Shown here: positions 17,172 through 31,190 of the stretch, in pieces
Layout of the letters: each line of letters starts with the position of its first letter
How positions within the stretch are numbered: the first letter of the stretch is position 1
From: Eledone cirrhosa
Taxonomy: Eukaryota
Assembly (NCBI GenBank): GCA_964016885.1
Contig: OZ024751.1
Span: 36,208,001-36,272,000 of the forward strand
Direction: 5' to 3'
Length of the DNA stretch: 64,000 nucleotides
The notes under the pieces: model-generated
Databases searched by the model: none
What the model was told of the DNA's origin: nothing
What the model saw: only the letters and a program-made list of their open reading frames with translations
Made by a program: the position numbers and the translations under genes

Positions 17172-17210
17172 TGAACCTGAAGATTGCGAAACCATGAAAG
17201 TACTTGTTCA
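17172..17210 (+). ncRNA. Minimal type I hammerhead ribozyme-like motif
   Basis: TGAAC-CTGAAGA-ttgcgaaaccat-GAAA-GTACTT-GTTCA: perfect 5-bp stem I, palindromic AAGTACTT stem III, CUU triplet, weak stem II. Confidence 0.65.
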
Positions 17211-17372
17211 ATTAACACTTTACACTTAATATTCTACCATACTATTTCATTTTAATACCATTATAATTTTAAAGGATTGTAAATAAAACGAGTAAATCAG
17301 ACAAAGTTGGAATTCCTTTTATTAATATATATATATATATATATACGTACTTATACATATGTACATATACGT

Positions 17373-17440
<68 letters not shown>

Positions 17441-17549
17441 GTATATACATGTATATATATATACAGCTACACATATATGCATATATATACATATATATAT
17501 AAATACATATACTTACATATATATATATATATATATAAATACATATACT

Positions 17550-17595
<46 letters not shown>

Positions 17596-18698
17596 CATAT
17601 ACTTACATATATATATATATAAATACATATACTTACATGTATATATATATATATAGATATATATATACAAGTTGAATAGGTGAATATATAACGCCTATAG
17701 TAACTCTTCGATTGTATTGAATACCAGTGTAGAGTTGGTTTGAGGAAATGTTAAGGATCCGATGTGAGCGGTTGTCTAATTAAAATGGCTTCCTGTTGCT
17801 AGACGTATCGAACCGACGTGATATGATTTCTAATCAGATCTCTGAATATCAAACTGTAGCGTATTCACGAAGCAACACATGATCAGCAGCAATATCTATC
17901 TGTCAATCTAACATTCACCTAACCAAGACATTATCTCTCTTTATTTAAATTAGTAGCACGCATCAATGGTTCTTCCCACGAGATTTCACAGAAAGTAAAA
18001 CCTCACAACTAGAAAAACATGTTGATATATAGAAGTTTGATGTCTCAGTATTATCCAAGTGTTTTAAAACACTTCATCAAAGAAGGATCGCAATGAGGCT
18101 ATTGGGACATCGTTACGACATATTAGGATTCTCTCTGTGAAATCCAGGTCTATTGCTTCAGTAGTGTTAGCAAATATGTTCATTAGAAATTAAACATACA
18201 CTGATATGGAAATGCGTATTGCAATTAATTAATGTAATATACAGGTGTCGACTAAAAGTTTATAGTCTGACCAAGATACTCATTGTTCAACATGTATACA
18301 TACAATACCTGCCTGTTTATGTCCCTGGAAAGAAACAATGCTGTTGTTAATAAGAAGAGTTGAAATTAATTCATGCAAGATTTCACGGCTCTAGCATCAA
18401 TCCTTCTTAGTTAGCCTATGAATTTATTAGCCACATTTGTACAAGTTAAATCAAAAATATTTATCTGTATTTCTCTCACACTCATGGCTTTCTCAATATA
18501 AAACGTAAAAGGCCGTTTATCACCAACCATTTAACCGATTAAAAAGCCGATACCGATTAATTGGCAGAATGGCAGATGTTCCCGATTGAGAAATTTAGGT
18601 AATACATATCGAATATATATGTACATAAATTAGAGACATAAAGTCAATAATATTCCCCTACTCTCAAACAGACACCCACACACTTACATGGACTTATG

Positions 18699-18734
<36 letters not shown>

Positions 18735-19053
18735 CACACTTATATGTGTGTAGGTGTGTGCAGACATATCTATATTTACAAAATAGTATGTATATATATA
18801 TATATATATATATAAATATATATGTGTGTGTCTGTTTCGGTGTAGGTGTGCGAACACATATCTATATCCACAAAATATATGCATGATCATATATATATAT
18901 ATAACTGTGTGTGTGTGTGTTATTTGTGTGTGAGTGTGTGTGTTATTTGTGTGTGTGTGTGTTATTTGTGTGTGTGTTATGTGTTATGTGTTATGTATTA
19001 TGTGTTATGGATTATGTGTGTGTGTGGGGGTGTATGTGTGTGTGTGTGTGTGT

Positions 19054-19101
<48 letters not shown>

Positions 19102-19605
19102 GTGCGTGTGTGTGTGCCTATACATTACACCTACCTGTTTATGTCCACTTCTGCTTAAAGTCATCAATCTCGTATATCTTCCGGCTGGATTAAAAGTATC
19201 GTAAGAACACACCATTAACGCTTGGTATGATAAGATGTTCAGATGTTAAGAGGGTGTAGGAGGTGTTAAAATGGTGTGTAAGCTATCCTCGATATAAATC
19301 ATGTCAGAGCGCATAAAATAAACAAGATTACAAGAGGAGGCGTCTAAATCAAGATGCTATCACGAAGGACTAAGTCTTATATTGGCCTAGCAGAGAATAC
19401 AATGAAATAATTGACATCCAATGGTATTTGACAGCAACATGTCACATGTCAGCTAGAGTTATTAAAACATTAATCAAAGAGGGACAAGATAATCTTTTAC
19501 CGTAATTGAAAACTATATTTGATTAAACATAAATGCACCGAGGATAGAGACTGATAGCAAGCTAGAGGGATAACCTGATATGTAGAGAGATAGCTAGATA
19601 GACAC

Positions 19606-19678
<73 letters not shown>

Positions 19679-19933
19679 GAGAGAGAAATCGAGAGATATG
19701 TAGAGTGTAAGATTGGTAGGTAGATAGATAGAGGTATAAATATACATAGAGATCGATAAATGGCAAGAGGCAGGTAGATAAATAGATAATGATAGAGAGA
19801 GAGATGACCTATGTGTTTCCAAAAGACATACATGTGTAAATACATATGTACTTATATACTTATACCCACGTAAATATTCCTGAGATTTTGGGGACCCGCC
19901 TCTCCACGCACACACGTACACATACACACCTAT

Positions 19934-19970
<37 letters not shown>

Positions 19971-20091
19971 CCTAAGGTATCTGATTTTTAATTCGATGAA
20001 ATACCAATGATGGTTGGAAAATCACTGACGAAGGACTATTTTTATCATATGTAACCCATGTGCAAACCACGCAGTATTCTTTTTTCTTCAT

Positions 20092-20122
<31 letters not shown>

Positions 20123-20138
20123 GGAATGTATGTAAGTA

Positions 20139-20352
20139 TGTATATACATAATTGTTTCTACTTTAGGCACAAGGCCAGCAATTATCCAGTGCATTACTGG
20201 TACTTTATTTTATCGACCCCGTAAGGATGAAAGGCAAAGTCAACCTCGGCGGGATTTGAACTCAGATCGTAAAGGGACGTAACTATGCTGGAAAGCATGG
20301 CGTCCGACCCTCTACCGATACTGCCAATCCACCGCCCTTGTATATACATAAT
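20139..20352 (-). mobile_element. Full-length SINE with 14-bp TSD
   Basis: TSD tgtatatacataat at 20139-20152 and 20339-20352; B-box-like GAGTTCAAATC on the minus strand. Confidence 0.9.
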
Positions 20353-20492
20353 ATTGTTCATTTCCACTACTAAAGAGTCTTGTTACTTTGGATTTTCGCC
20401 TGTGTACTCTCAGCAACACCAGACAAGATTCTATTATTATAACTCTTCGATCTTGCGTACTACATCTCGTCTCCCTCAACACCACATGGCTA

Positions 20493-20533
<41 letters not shown>

Positions 20534-20636
20534 TTATATGCTAGCAGGGTCTACATGAATGGACCTGTTATTTTTATCTAAAGACATTTTTTTCCACTTA
20601 CAACCCACCCGTCCCCTCAATCTATGTTATTTCTCA

Positions 20637-20678
20637 GTCTTTCTTCTGATGAAGAACTAGCGTCCGAAACGTTAAGAC
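20637..20678 (+). ncRNA. Minimal hammerhead ribozyme-like motif (PLE-type)
   Basis: TCTT-CTGATGA-agaactagcgtcc-GAAACGTT-AAGA, with palindromic AACGTT stem III; lies in an insert ending at a (CA)n tract. Confidence 0.6.
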
Positions 20679-20774
20679 CCTCTTCCTGCTATATCAGGCG
20701 TTAACCTAATATATCCCTTCCATATACTGTACCAATGTGTTGTTATTTCTGTTTACCTTTTACACACACACACG

Positions 20775-20935
<161 letters not shown>

Positions 20936-21085
20936 CACATTTGCTACCAAAACGGCAAGACCTCAGAAGTCGAGCCATGATTCTCTTTTTACTCTATACA
21001 TTTCCATGGAACGAGTGCTCTGCTGAATAATGGTCTTACTAGTATAAAACTAGTAAAATCCTGATTATATATGTATATATACATA

Positions 21086-21209
21086 TGGTGATTTCTCACG
21101 AAGGAAACAGCTCTAGTCCTGTAGAAGCTCTTCTATATTAAAACATTTATACTCTGCTATGTATTGAGTACCTTACTTACTGTGGTTACTTCCGATTCAA
21201 CCAGGAATA

Positions 21210-21214
<5 letters not shown>
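21086..21214 (+). mobile_element. (TA)n-inserted remnant with 3' half of a hammerhead
   Basis: GAAACAG-ctctagtc-CTGTA (21104-21123), ATTAAA at 21137, TTGAGTAC at 21164, then (TA)n. Confidence 0.55.
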
Positions 21215-21280
<66 letters not shown>

Positions 21281-21282
<2 letters not shown>

Positions 21283-21380
21283 CGAAGAAAATGTGGTAAG
21301 GAACCAGATGGACCATAACGCACCAAAGTACTCAATACTTAGGGTAGTAGAGTGGGTGATAGGAACAAGTAGGACCCGAC
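21281..21380 (-). mobile_element. Family A tail, truncated at the GUC triplet
   Basis: Near-identical to 51954-52053; homology stops at ...aggacccGAC. Confidence 0.8.
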
Positions 21381-21780
21381 TATATCTAGTAAGAGTATCC
21401 CAGAGATTTCTCAGTCCCTAAAGAAGCAATTAATTACAAAAAGGATCGCTTGTGTTACAATGTATTACACACGCAGTTGTTTCCGGAATCCCGTAATATA
21501 ATTCCCGAGTGTCTCCATACACTTGCCTATAAACACTCACCGGATGGTAGCAATATTTCACTCTCTGTAATTGTTGGCAGCAATGTTTAATCAGCTGAGA
21601 TATTCCTCACTTAGTAATCTTGTAAACAACATGTACATGTTTCAAGTGTTCTTCTTAAACTAATAGATCCAACAGATATTTATTTCATGTGTAGTCGATG
21701 AACACCACAACTTGGCCTACTTGATTAAAAAACAAAATCATTAGAACATCTGACTGATAAAATGACAAGTCAGTCAATCA

Positions 21781-22110
21781 TATCGGTGGCCTTCCCACAG
21801 CCCCAGCGGACAGAATGGAGAAGGAGTTTCTCCGGAGGACGGCAAGGGAGACGCACTGGAAAAGCCATTCCATCTCGCGGGGCTCACACCTCTGGCTGGC
21901 CAGCTCAGCGCCTATGGTGGTCAGTAGGGAGGTAGCCCTAGGGCCGAGGACACCAGAAGTCTCCACTGCCAAGTGTACAGCTGCAAATATGTCGGAGAGC
22001 GAGCGGTATCTGAAGAGTTTGGCCGCCTCAGCCCGACGTGCAACGGAACCTGGGTTAGTCGCAGACTGCACCAGGTTGCGGCTGGAGAAAGTGTCGGTGC
22101 AAGTGGCATT
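21781..22110 (-). mobile_element. CRE/NeSL-like non-LTR retrotransposon 3' fragment (restriction-like endonuclease region)
   Basis: GC-rich. ...AEAAKLFRY...LAVETSGVLGPRA...IG...REMEWLFQCVSLAVLRRNSFSIL resembles the AVET-G..G / QRLS.AVQRGN motifs of RLE-type elements. Confidence 0.7.
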
Positions 22111-22199
22111 AAGGTGGTTTGATCTGTCCAGAGCTGTCTTGTGAGTCCAGTACTGACACGAGTCTTTTGTGACTTCGTTTTAATTACTAGTTCACCTGT

Positions 22200-22522
22200 T
22201 TTAGCCGAGCTCTCGTGTAGGTATCACGACAAAAAGCACCCATTCCACACTGTAAAGTGGTTGTGTAGGTGTCACGACAAAAGGCACCCATTCCACACTG
22301 TAAAGTGGTTGTGTAGGTGTCACGACAAAAGGCACCCATTCCACACTGTAAATGTGGTTGGCGTTAGGAATTGCAGTCAGCTGTAGAAACCAAGCCAAGA
22401 TCAGTTCTCTGTGAACGAATCACAGGCTTCCAACATACTTTCTAACAAAGGGATAGGCCGTCCTACCCACCATGCTAGCTTAGAACAAAATGGACGTTAA
22501 GTGATGATTATGATGATGATGA
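22200..22522 (+). mobile_element. SINE 3' portion with internal 48-bp triplication and (GAT)n tail
   Basis: 48-bp unit at 22215, 22263 and 22311; then gttggcgttagg...ctgtagaaacc...ggacgttaagtgatgattatgatgatgat. Confidence 0.7.
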
Positions 22523-23829
22523 TGTGTGGATACGTGTCTCAGAGGATTTGGTGCCTTCTTGGATACCTGTGAGCCATTTAAGCCTGTACAGAGAAAGCTG
22601 TTCCCAGGATTTCATATTAGTGCTCAACGCATAAATTGTTTCTTTCAGACTATGTCTATAGCGACTGTTCTATTATAAATATATATATCAAAAGTTATAT
22701 TTAATATTATTTATTCTCTTGTTAATTTTGAATTCATGAAATAAGTTCTTTTATTAAGAAATGCCTTCGAGAGAATGCAATATGTAGTGTAAGGTAAGTA
22801 TATATCATGTAAGTCTTTTGAAATATCGAATATATTTCCTTCGATATCCAATAAACATTTATCATAAAAACGACGTAGAAATAAGTTCCGGCATTTTCTA
22901 AGAGCAGCTGTTATAAATACAGACGTGAATTTGTGATATGAATGAATGAATGTAGCTTGGCAGATGTGATATTTCGTTGTTACGCCAACAACGGTCAGCA
23001 TTATTAGAGTCACTGAAAAATGTGTTGCTGTGAAAATGTCAGTTAATGTCATTGCTGTTTCAAGTCATCCATGATTATAAAAGACAACAATGGGTGGCTA
23101 AATATATTTGTGTAAGCATATTTCAATATTGCAGCTCTGTCTATATTGCAAATGAATTATGCTGGATTCTTTTCGTTTTAAATGGCATCGCGTTCATATT
23201 CTATGATTAAATTATAATATGTGCATAATATGTGCATCGTATCACACTGAACAAAATGTTTTGTTGTTCTTTCTATTTTTGAAATGCAAAAGATTACACA
23301 ATGTTATGTTTGAAACCATAAAACGAGAAGTAAGCTTTATTGTCTTAGTGAAAATATTAATTCAATGGATTCAATAGAACAAAAATATTGAATCTATTAT
23401 ATAATTAATTCAGAAGATGGAGACGCCAATATGTAGCAACCTTTTCTATATTAGGTAGCAGAATAGAAAAAATGTTGCCGCTGACTCAGTGTATGTGTAT
23501 TATATATATTACATTATAAATGTAAAAGTCTAGTCGGTGATATAAGAGATGTATAATAGAGAAGAGGTTGAGAAGGATCACATTTAAAACTATGTCTGCA
23601 TATATAGTATATACAAAGGAACAATAATGCCAGGCCTGCACTTCGAATATTTAATGTAACTATATAAACATACATGAATTGCCTATGTTTTGCTATTGGG
23701 ATATAGTTAAATATCACGATGGCTTCTTTGTTTTTATATCCACATTTCTTAACATAAAACTATCAAGCTAATTGTGAAGAGGGCGCAGCCGTAATGACAC
23801 ACACTCACTATCTATCTATCTATCTATAT

Positions 23830-24305
23830 AGATGATGACTGCACCTCGATTTGATGCCATGCCATCCCTTGATACTTAAGCATGAGTATCGTGGCTGTTT
23901 CGGCCTCCTAGGAATACCATGCATCGCAAAAAATGTCACATATCAAGCGATGCCTGTGCTTGAAGATTTTTTTAAGTGAGGAAAGGCTTTGCAAGGGGCC
24001 AAACCCGCTCTCTGAACATCGAATCCAGGTGCCCAGAAAGAAGAACAGGTTTACATAATTGGATGCAAATGAAGTCGCAGCTTTTATATAAGAGTGACCT
24101 AGAGATATGTCTTAATGAAGACTAGGAGTCTCTCACTCCACAAAAAACAAAACAAAAACTATTGGATGGCCGTTGAAACTTCTGAGTTCGTCCGCCCTCC
24201 GACGAGGTTTGTATTTCATCCCGCAGGGTGTCACAGTTCTAACATCACTCATTCAAAGTCAGCCTGTGAACATTTCAGCCCACTTTAGGGGTGGCGGCCT
24301 GCTAC
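23830..24305 (-). mobile_element. Diverged family F relative
   Basis: Minus strand gacaccctgcgggatgaaatacaaacctcgtcggagggcggacgaactc...aacggccatccaa parallels 6661-6733. Confidence 0.6.
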
Positions 24306-24322
24306 TAATAAATACAAAAGCA

Positions 24323-24354
<32 letters not shown>

Positions 24355-24450
24355 GTAATAAACAACATAAGGCAATTATTCCATTTACCAGTGGTTTCTT
24401 AAAAGCAAAACATTTTGCTTTCAATCATCAGAATGAAAAAATCCTGGTGG

Positions 24451-24505
<55 letters not shown>

Positions 24506-25309
24506 GTCTTCATATCCCGGATTAAGTTTCGTATTTTTCTAAGCTGATGAACCTAACCCAATTATCAGAGAATGCACTTATTTTCTTCTCACTTGAAATC
24601 TTCCGATTGTTCGTTTGATTCAATAAGACATTAACGTATGCGAAGATATATGATATGATTCTCTGGTAACAGTTGATGGTATTTCAGTTCTTAGTATCAT
24701 TTGATATACCATAAGACGAGTCTCATTTAGATTTGTTTCATGTGCATGGAATAAACCAATATAATCATCGATAGTATTAGTACTACAAATTGAGGTCAAA
24801 GCACTGAAGTTTTACTTTCTCTGCAGACACTTCTAGTTATGCTTCTAAGGACAACTTTTCACTTTCTCACGCATTCTATTGATTTTGATTTGATAACATT
24901 ATTAGAAGGCGTCTCAAATCTTGATTTCACAACTAATTGACAAGAGAAGCTAATTTCCTCGAACAGCGAGACCCAGAAAATATAATGGCGTCAAATCTCA
25001 GTTCTTAGGTTTGTTTCTACAATAAATAAATAAATATATACAAATACATAAATAAATATATAAAAAAAAATAATTAGATAAATAAAAAATTAAATATAAA
25101 AACTGATTAAAAAATCGATACAAATTTTATGTAACTACAACAGTTTTTTTTATGTTCCATGTTTTTCGTTGTTGAATGGAAGTATATAGATTTTGTATTT
25201 TTCTTTAGAAAATAGTTTTATAAACAAGTCAATAAGTAAGGTAATACCTTCGGATTACTTACATAGGAATTTGATATTTCCGAAGAAGTTTATGCTTGAC
25301 ACATGTGTT

Positions 25310-25379
<70 letters not shown>

Positions 25380-25403
25380 TAAGATTTCTATAATATATTA
25401 AAG

Positions 25404-25478
25404 ATATCTATCTGATGACTGACTTCAGACGCCCGTGTTAGAATCGTCTGATTTCGTGAAACCTTGGGTAATGGGATA
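25404..25478 (+). ncRNA. Type I hammerhead ribozyme-like motif in a (TA)n-flanked insert (~25378-25592)
   Basis: CTGATGA (25412), stem II TCAGACG/CGTCTGA, GAAA (25458), stem III ACC-TTG-GGT, GUA triplet, partial stem I TCTAT/ATGGG. Confidence 0.65.
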
Positions 25479-26322
25479 ATTACATTCTGTTGTTTATTAC
25501 ATAATTAAATATCTCTGTACTATAAAGCACTCTTCTTTCCTCTACCTACCTTTTCCACGTTCGGAGCAAAGAGACTGGATAATCAAAAATCATATATATA
25601 TCATAGTATAATGTAAGTATTGACCATATCAATAATATTGGTGTGTAGCTGTCAATGGAATAAATATTTTCATTGTAGATATCAGATGTTCTAAAAGTGG
25701 GCGCTACTGACTACACCCGGGGGCGTTGAGAGGGTCCAGACGGTGTTGGGGCCTGAGAGGGAAATGGTGGTATAGATGATATTATAGTACATTAAATATC
25801 AAATGATACATATTATATATAAATATAGTAAAATAAAAATTTTTTTATTGATACATCATTTATATATAATAAATAATATTTATTTATACATAATTTATAT
25901 ATAATAAATAATATAATATATACTAACGATTGTATTTATTATATATTATTTACAATTTGCGTGTAGGCAGGTCTCTCTGTAAAATGGGTCGGGATTGTTG
26001 AGTGTATTATATATATATATATATACTATATATGAATACTTTTATCTCTTTGCAAAATTTGCTCAAAACAGATGAGCGTATGATTGTTTTTCTCATCAAG
26101 TCAAATGCTGTATTTACATTAGTAAACCGCAACAAATTCAAATGTGAATCTAAATTTACACGAAACCAGTAAAAATATCTGAAAGATTAAAATTTAAATA
26201 TGATAATTTACTCCTGCCCCAAAATATAATTTCGAATACATGTTTAGTTTGAATAATAAAAGTGAAAATAATTACGACAATATTATATATTAATGAAACA
26301 ATGCACTAACAATTAGAGTAAG

Positions 26323-26364
<42 letters not shown>

Positions 26365-27997
26365 CATACATGGGAATAATTTATTATTTTCTAATTTGGA
26401 AGCTATCGTTGGGGTTTTAGAAATGAAAGACAAAGCCTTCTTCATAACTTTTTCAATAGATTTCTATTTGAAAACAAATTTAATGTATGCACTCACGATT
26501 GGAATTGTATTTGTGATGTGAAAGTATTTGAGGAATATATTCATCTTCTATTTTAATTGTTTAGTCATTAATATTAAAGTTAATTACATTTCTGTTTTAC
26601 TTCAATAGTCCTTAAATGGAATGGACATCCATCGCTTTCGACGATGATTCTTCCAATTGTTCATTTAACGACACAACCTGTTACACAACATCCTTATCGT
26701 TAACGTAAATATAGATAGAATCTGTCCTTAATGTATTCAACCGTAAAGAGGGAACAATGTCCTAATGTGAAACCTGAACTCAGAACTGAAATAAACGCAA
26801 CTAAATAGTGAAACAGATATTATTCTTCCTCTCTTGTCTCTCTATTATATAACTTACTCCGGTTTCCGAACTTCAATAAGCTGAGTAAGATATTCTATTT
26901 CTAGAAACAGAACGAAGAAAACAATTCTACAGATCAGTATTGACTTTGTTCATAAATTTCCAAAACTATCATACACCGACATTTGATTGGAAAATAATCA
27001 CAGTGACAGGGTTGTTTTTCAACAACAATAACTATTAATTTACTAATTTGCAGCGTTGAAAACTAACGTTTGATGTTCGGGTGGTTGTGTCTCTGTGGCG
27101 TTGATTGGGCTTTGCTGCTTCAAAGAAATCTGCTTAGGGTTACGTTAGATTTTTCACTGAGAGTTACTAAAGAGACGATAATTGCTGATGTGTTTTCTAC
27201 CAATTATTGTTAGAGATAAAATAAAGTGAAATAAAATCAAATACTTTTCATCAGAGCATTAAAATTGTTTGTTCTCCACTTTATAATTAGTATTAAATTA
27301 TGTGTGTACACTAACCTTGATATTTAACGATTCAAATTCCAATTAAACTACAAATGTTTGCTATTTCCTTATGGCTGCAATATTTTCCCATGGGTCATGT
27401 TTATAACTGAGATCTGTAAGTGAATGTAACTTACTATGTCGTTAGTTATAATTCACTGCTTCACAAGTTGTCTCATAGGAGCCAAATATTGTGAAAGTAC
27501 ATTGTTGATACATAAATATACATTGTGTATAGAAAGTCATTGGGGGGAAATTAGTTTTTCGCAGAATTAGTAACAAGAGATTTTAAATATATAGATTGGT
27601 GCATATAACACATTTTTGTTGATATATCTCTCCCTGTGTAAATGTACTGAAAATAAAACTAGGATCGCTACGTAAAAAGATTTAAAATTTAGGCGCAAGG
27701 CTCAAAGTATGTGGGTAGGGCAAGTCGAATATATCGATCCCAGTATTTAATTGATAATTTACTTTACCAATCTGACCACATAAATATCAAAAGTTGTCTT
27801 CTGCAAGAATTGAAATCTAAACGTAAAAACTTGTTACAAAATACCGCGAATCATTTTGTTTCACACTCTACCGATATTGCCAATCGAGCGCTCCCATCAA
27901 TGCGACCTTTGGCATTTATATTTATTACATGTGTATTTATTACTGGATACAACCCTACTTCATATTTTCAAAGAGCATGATTAGGTTCCATTATTTA

Positions 27998-28243
27998 ATG
28001 CACTGGGTAATTGCTGGCCTTGTGCCTAAAGTAGAAACAATTATTTTATCACCAGATTTCTGGGCGGTGGACGCTATGCTTTGCAGCATAGTTACGTCCC
28101 TTTACGGACTGAGTTAAAATCCCGTCGAGGTTAACTTTGCCTTTCATCCTGACGGGGTCGATAAAATAAAAGTACCAGTAATACACTGGGGTAATAGCTA
28201 GCCTTGTGCCAAAAGTAGAAACAATTATTTTATCACCAGATTT
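27998..28243 (+). mobile_element. SINE tail plus a second SINE inserted at its end with a 20-bp TSD
   Basis: attattttatcaccagattt at 28040-28059 and 28224-28243. Confidence 0.85.
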
Positions 28244-28654
28244 ATCACACCCATTAACAGTTTTACAAATCTAATTTGTTAAATAGGAATGAGAAACAGA
28301 TATAACTCTTGCTTCTTTTGTAACTAGACAACTTCATATTACGCACACACAAACACAGACACACAAACATACTCACACAAATATACACACAGCGGAATCC
28401 AAAACCCAGAAATTAACTGTAACAACAGTTGAATGGTAAAAATAATAGCATTAGAAAATCGAATGAAATACACTTAGAGACGGAGACATGTAGACTGCAG
28501 TCGCTACTTAATATCTACCTCCGTATCTTTCGAATACCCGAGAATTTGTATCGTCCGTACAGGTATTTTACTTGATTTCCTAAAGCTCTTAATTATAGCG
28601 AATCACTGATATAATTGGTCCCAAATTTCAAATCATCCAAGCATCTAAATAAAT

Positions 28655-28860
28655 CTTTTTTTTTCTTTGTCCATTTATTCCTGTGAGGTTCATGGCGACT
28701 GAGTCCCGAAGAACGCCGTCCAGTGGCCCCAGTCAGGAGCAACTGTCTCCAATTGATCCGGCTGGACCCTCAAACGAGACCAACCATGCTCATAGGTATC
28801 ACACAGTGAAGTGTTCTCACTGGCGCTCTAACAGTCAAGCGTCCCCCCACCAGATAAGCG
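28655..28860 (-). mobile_element. RTE-like LINE extreme 3' end
   Basis: Minus frame ...DQLETVAPDWGHW (LE..A.DR..W-like motif), then AATAAA and an A-rich tail. Confidence 0.5.
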
Positions 28861-29866
28861 ATGTAATATATATATATTACTTTTTCTGTTCATACCACAT
28901 AAAGTCTAATGTTCGACAAATGTGATGAACCTGTATGACATGCTTTTGTATGTATGTGTGTGTGTCATTGTCGTTTATCAACATATTTTTTCATATACAG
29001 TCGTGTTAGTAAAGCATTATAAAAATTGCTTTCGCATGGACAACAGCAAGGAGGTGAGGTAGCTGGGTCCACGTGGATATGTTAGAATCAACAATGTACT
29101 TCATAATACAAATGAAAATCCACTAATGAAAACAAAAAGAAATTATAATTGATATCTAACTAGAAACTAAAAGTGGTTTATGATATAATTATCGATTTTT
29201 CTCCAATTATCTTATAAATGTTAAAACTAAAAGAATATATAAAAATAAATAATTGATCTTTTGTATGAAAAAAAAAATAATGCAAAGGAAAATTTCGAAA
29301 TTATTATTAATTTTTTTTTAGTAAGGAAATAGATAGACATCTTGAAATATTGTCAGAAAATAGGAAATAACAGGAAATATAATGAAACGAATACAAAAAA
29401 ATATATATTTCGAGAATAATCAAATTATTCTACTACAACGTGTAGTTATATAATATTCTTGTCATGTAGGAAACACAAATTATCTATTCTAGAAACTAAC
29501 ATGACATTTTTTGTTCTTTTCTGATTACATTCCGATTTCAAATGTACAATCTGAATAATAAATACGTAACATAATACGTGAACATATATAAATATATATA
29601 TATATATACACACGACGCGTGTGTATGCATGTATGTGTGTATGTATGTGAAAATGTATGCATATATATATAAATATATAAATATATATATATGTGTGTGT
29701 GTACGTATATATATAAATATATATATATAGACAGATATATATGTATATATATATATATATATACTAGAATGCGTCCTAATATTTACATTTTCTCTTTTTG
29801 TATTTTTCTATCAGATGTGTACAAAATATCCATATCTATACACACACGCCCCCCCCCCACACACAC

Positions 29867-29916
<50 letters not shown>

Positions 29917-30249
29917 TAGATGTGTGTGTGTAAACATATATAAGTATTAAGAATTATACAACAATATTCACACCAGAGTGAATAATTTTGATAGAAATTT
30001 AAAAATTGCTTGGGAAATATTCAACACAACACATACAAGGCATTTTATTAATAGAAATAACAGAACGACTTTGGGGTTGATAAATAAACACGACAGTCTC
30101 CCAGTTAACACTATTACTGATCTTGGTTTTATCCCTGGATAGACCCTTTACAAAGCGCAAGCCTGGTTCCTTTGTGTCCAATTGAAACGTACTAGTATCA
30201 AAACTCATATATAAATATATATAATCTCTCTCTCTCTCTCTCTCTTACG

Positions 30250-30308
<59 letters not shown>

Positions 30309-30329
30309 GCTATATACGATGAAATCAAA

Positions 30330-30502
30330 ACGTAAAACGATGGGAGATACAACCTAGCCCCCATATTATCATAGGTATTCATCTATTTCACCGGATTGGG
30401 AGAAAATGAAATATAGAGTCTTGTTGAAAGAACAAAGCACAACCCTCTTCAGCAATCGAACTTACAATAGGGTACACAACATCCTAAACACTGAGCCACT
30501 CA
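30330..30502 (-). mobile_element. Degenerate tRNA-derived SINE (second family)
   Basis: Minus strand TGGCTCAGTG A-box and AGTTCGATTGC B-box-like sequences. Confidence 0.5.
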
Positions 30503-30985
30503 CTGTTTCAATATACGTATGTAACTGACAAAAAAAAAGAATAACTATACATTAAAGAAGATAGATATAATGCGATGGTGATCTAGTAGTTTCTTTAGTC
30601 AGCTGCGTTGATGTTGTGAGTGAAAGCTTCAAGCTAAAACATTAATTGATTTATTCACAATATCTAATAATTAAAGCAACTCAATTAAACTGCATCCGTG
30701 CCGAAGCTACATATGACCGAATTAGTTGAAAATAGCCAACCATCTGCCGTCTGGCGGAAGCTGCTATAGACGATATGTTAGTTTATTTTAAACTTAAATA
30801 TATTTATTTTTATTTCTATCGGGAGAAAATATAACAAAGATGAGAGAACGATACATTTTAACAAATTATTTTGTGTATACATATTCTGTGGATATACAAG
30901 AGCTTGATAAAACAAGTGCGTGCGTGCGTGCGCGTGTGTATATATATATAGATATATATAGATATATATATAAAGATACATATAT

Positions 30986-31190
30986 GGAGTGGCTGAGTGG
31001 TTAGAGAATTGGATTAACAATCCCGAGGTTGTGAGTTCGTTTCTCGTAACGGCCGATGCATTGTGCCCGTGGGCAAGACACTTTATCTATTTCTACCTGG
31101 AGTTGCGGCCAATAGAAAGTATTAGCCATTGGATAGACCATGGGAAACATTGTTTCCTCGGTCTGATTTGACGAAAGTCGATCGACTGTC
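30986..31190 (+). mobile_element. tRNA-derived SINE (CORE/V-like gggcaagacactt domain)
   Basis: A box TGGCTGAGTGG at 30990, B box GAGTTCGTTTC at 31033; homologous to 46246. Confidence 0.75.

Noticed and set aside
17800-18600. Possible hAT transposase fossil on the minus strand (AT...KER...TDR; ccgataccgatt subterminal-like motif)
   Set aside because: Too decayed to support without a profile search.
19968-20096. CTGACGAAGG at 20025 in a TA-flanked insert (similarly CTGATGA at 24544 and CCGATGA near 40764)
   Set aside because: No matching GAAA/stem III downstream; may be broken hammerheads but not demonstrable.
22215-22360. CRISPR-like appearance of short repeats (also 44234-44635 and 62253-62590)
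   Set aside because: No unique spacers, no cas genes, eukaryotic context.
26900-27040. Possible exon after tttctag
   Set aside because: No recognisable protein similarity or partner exons.
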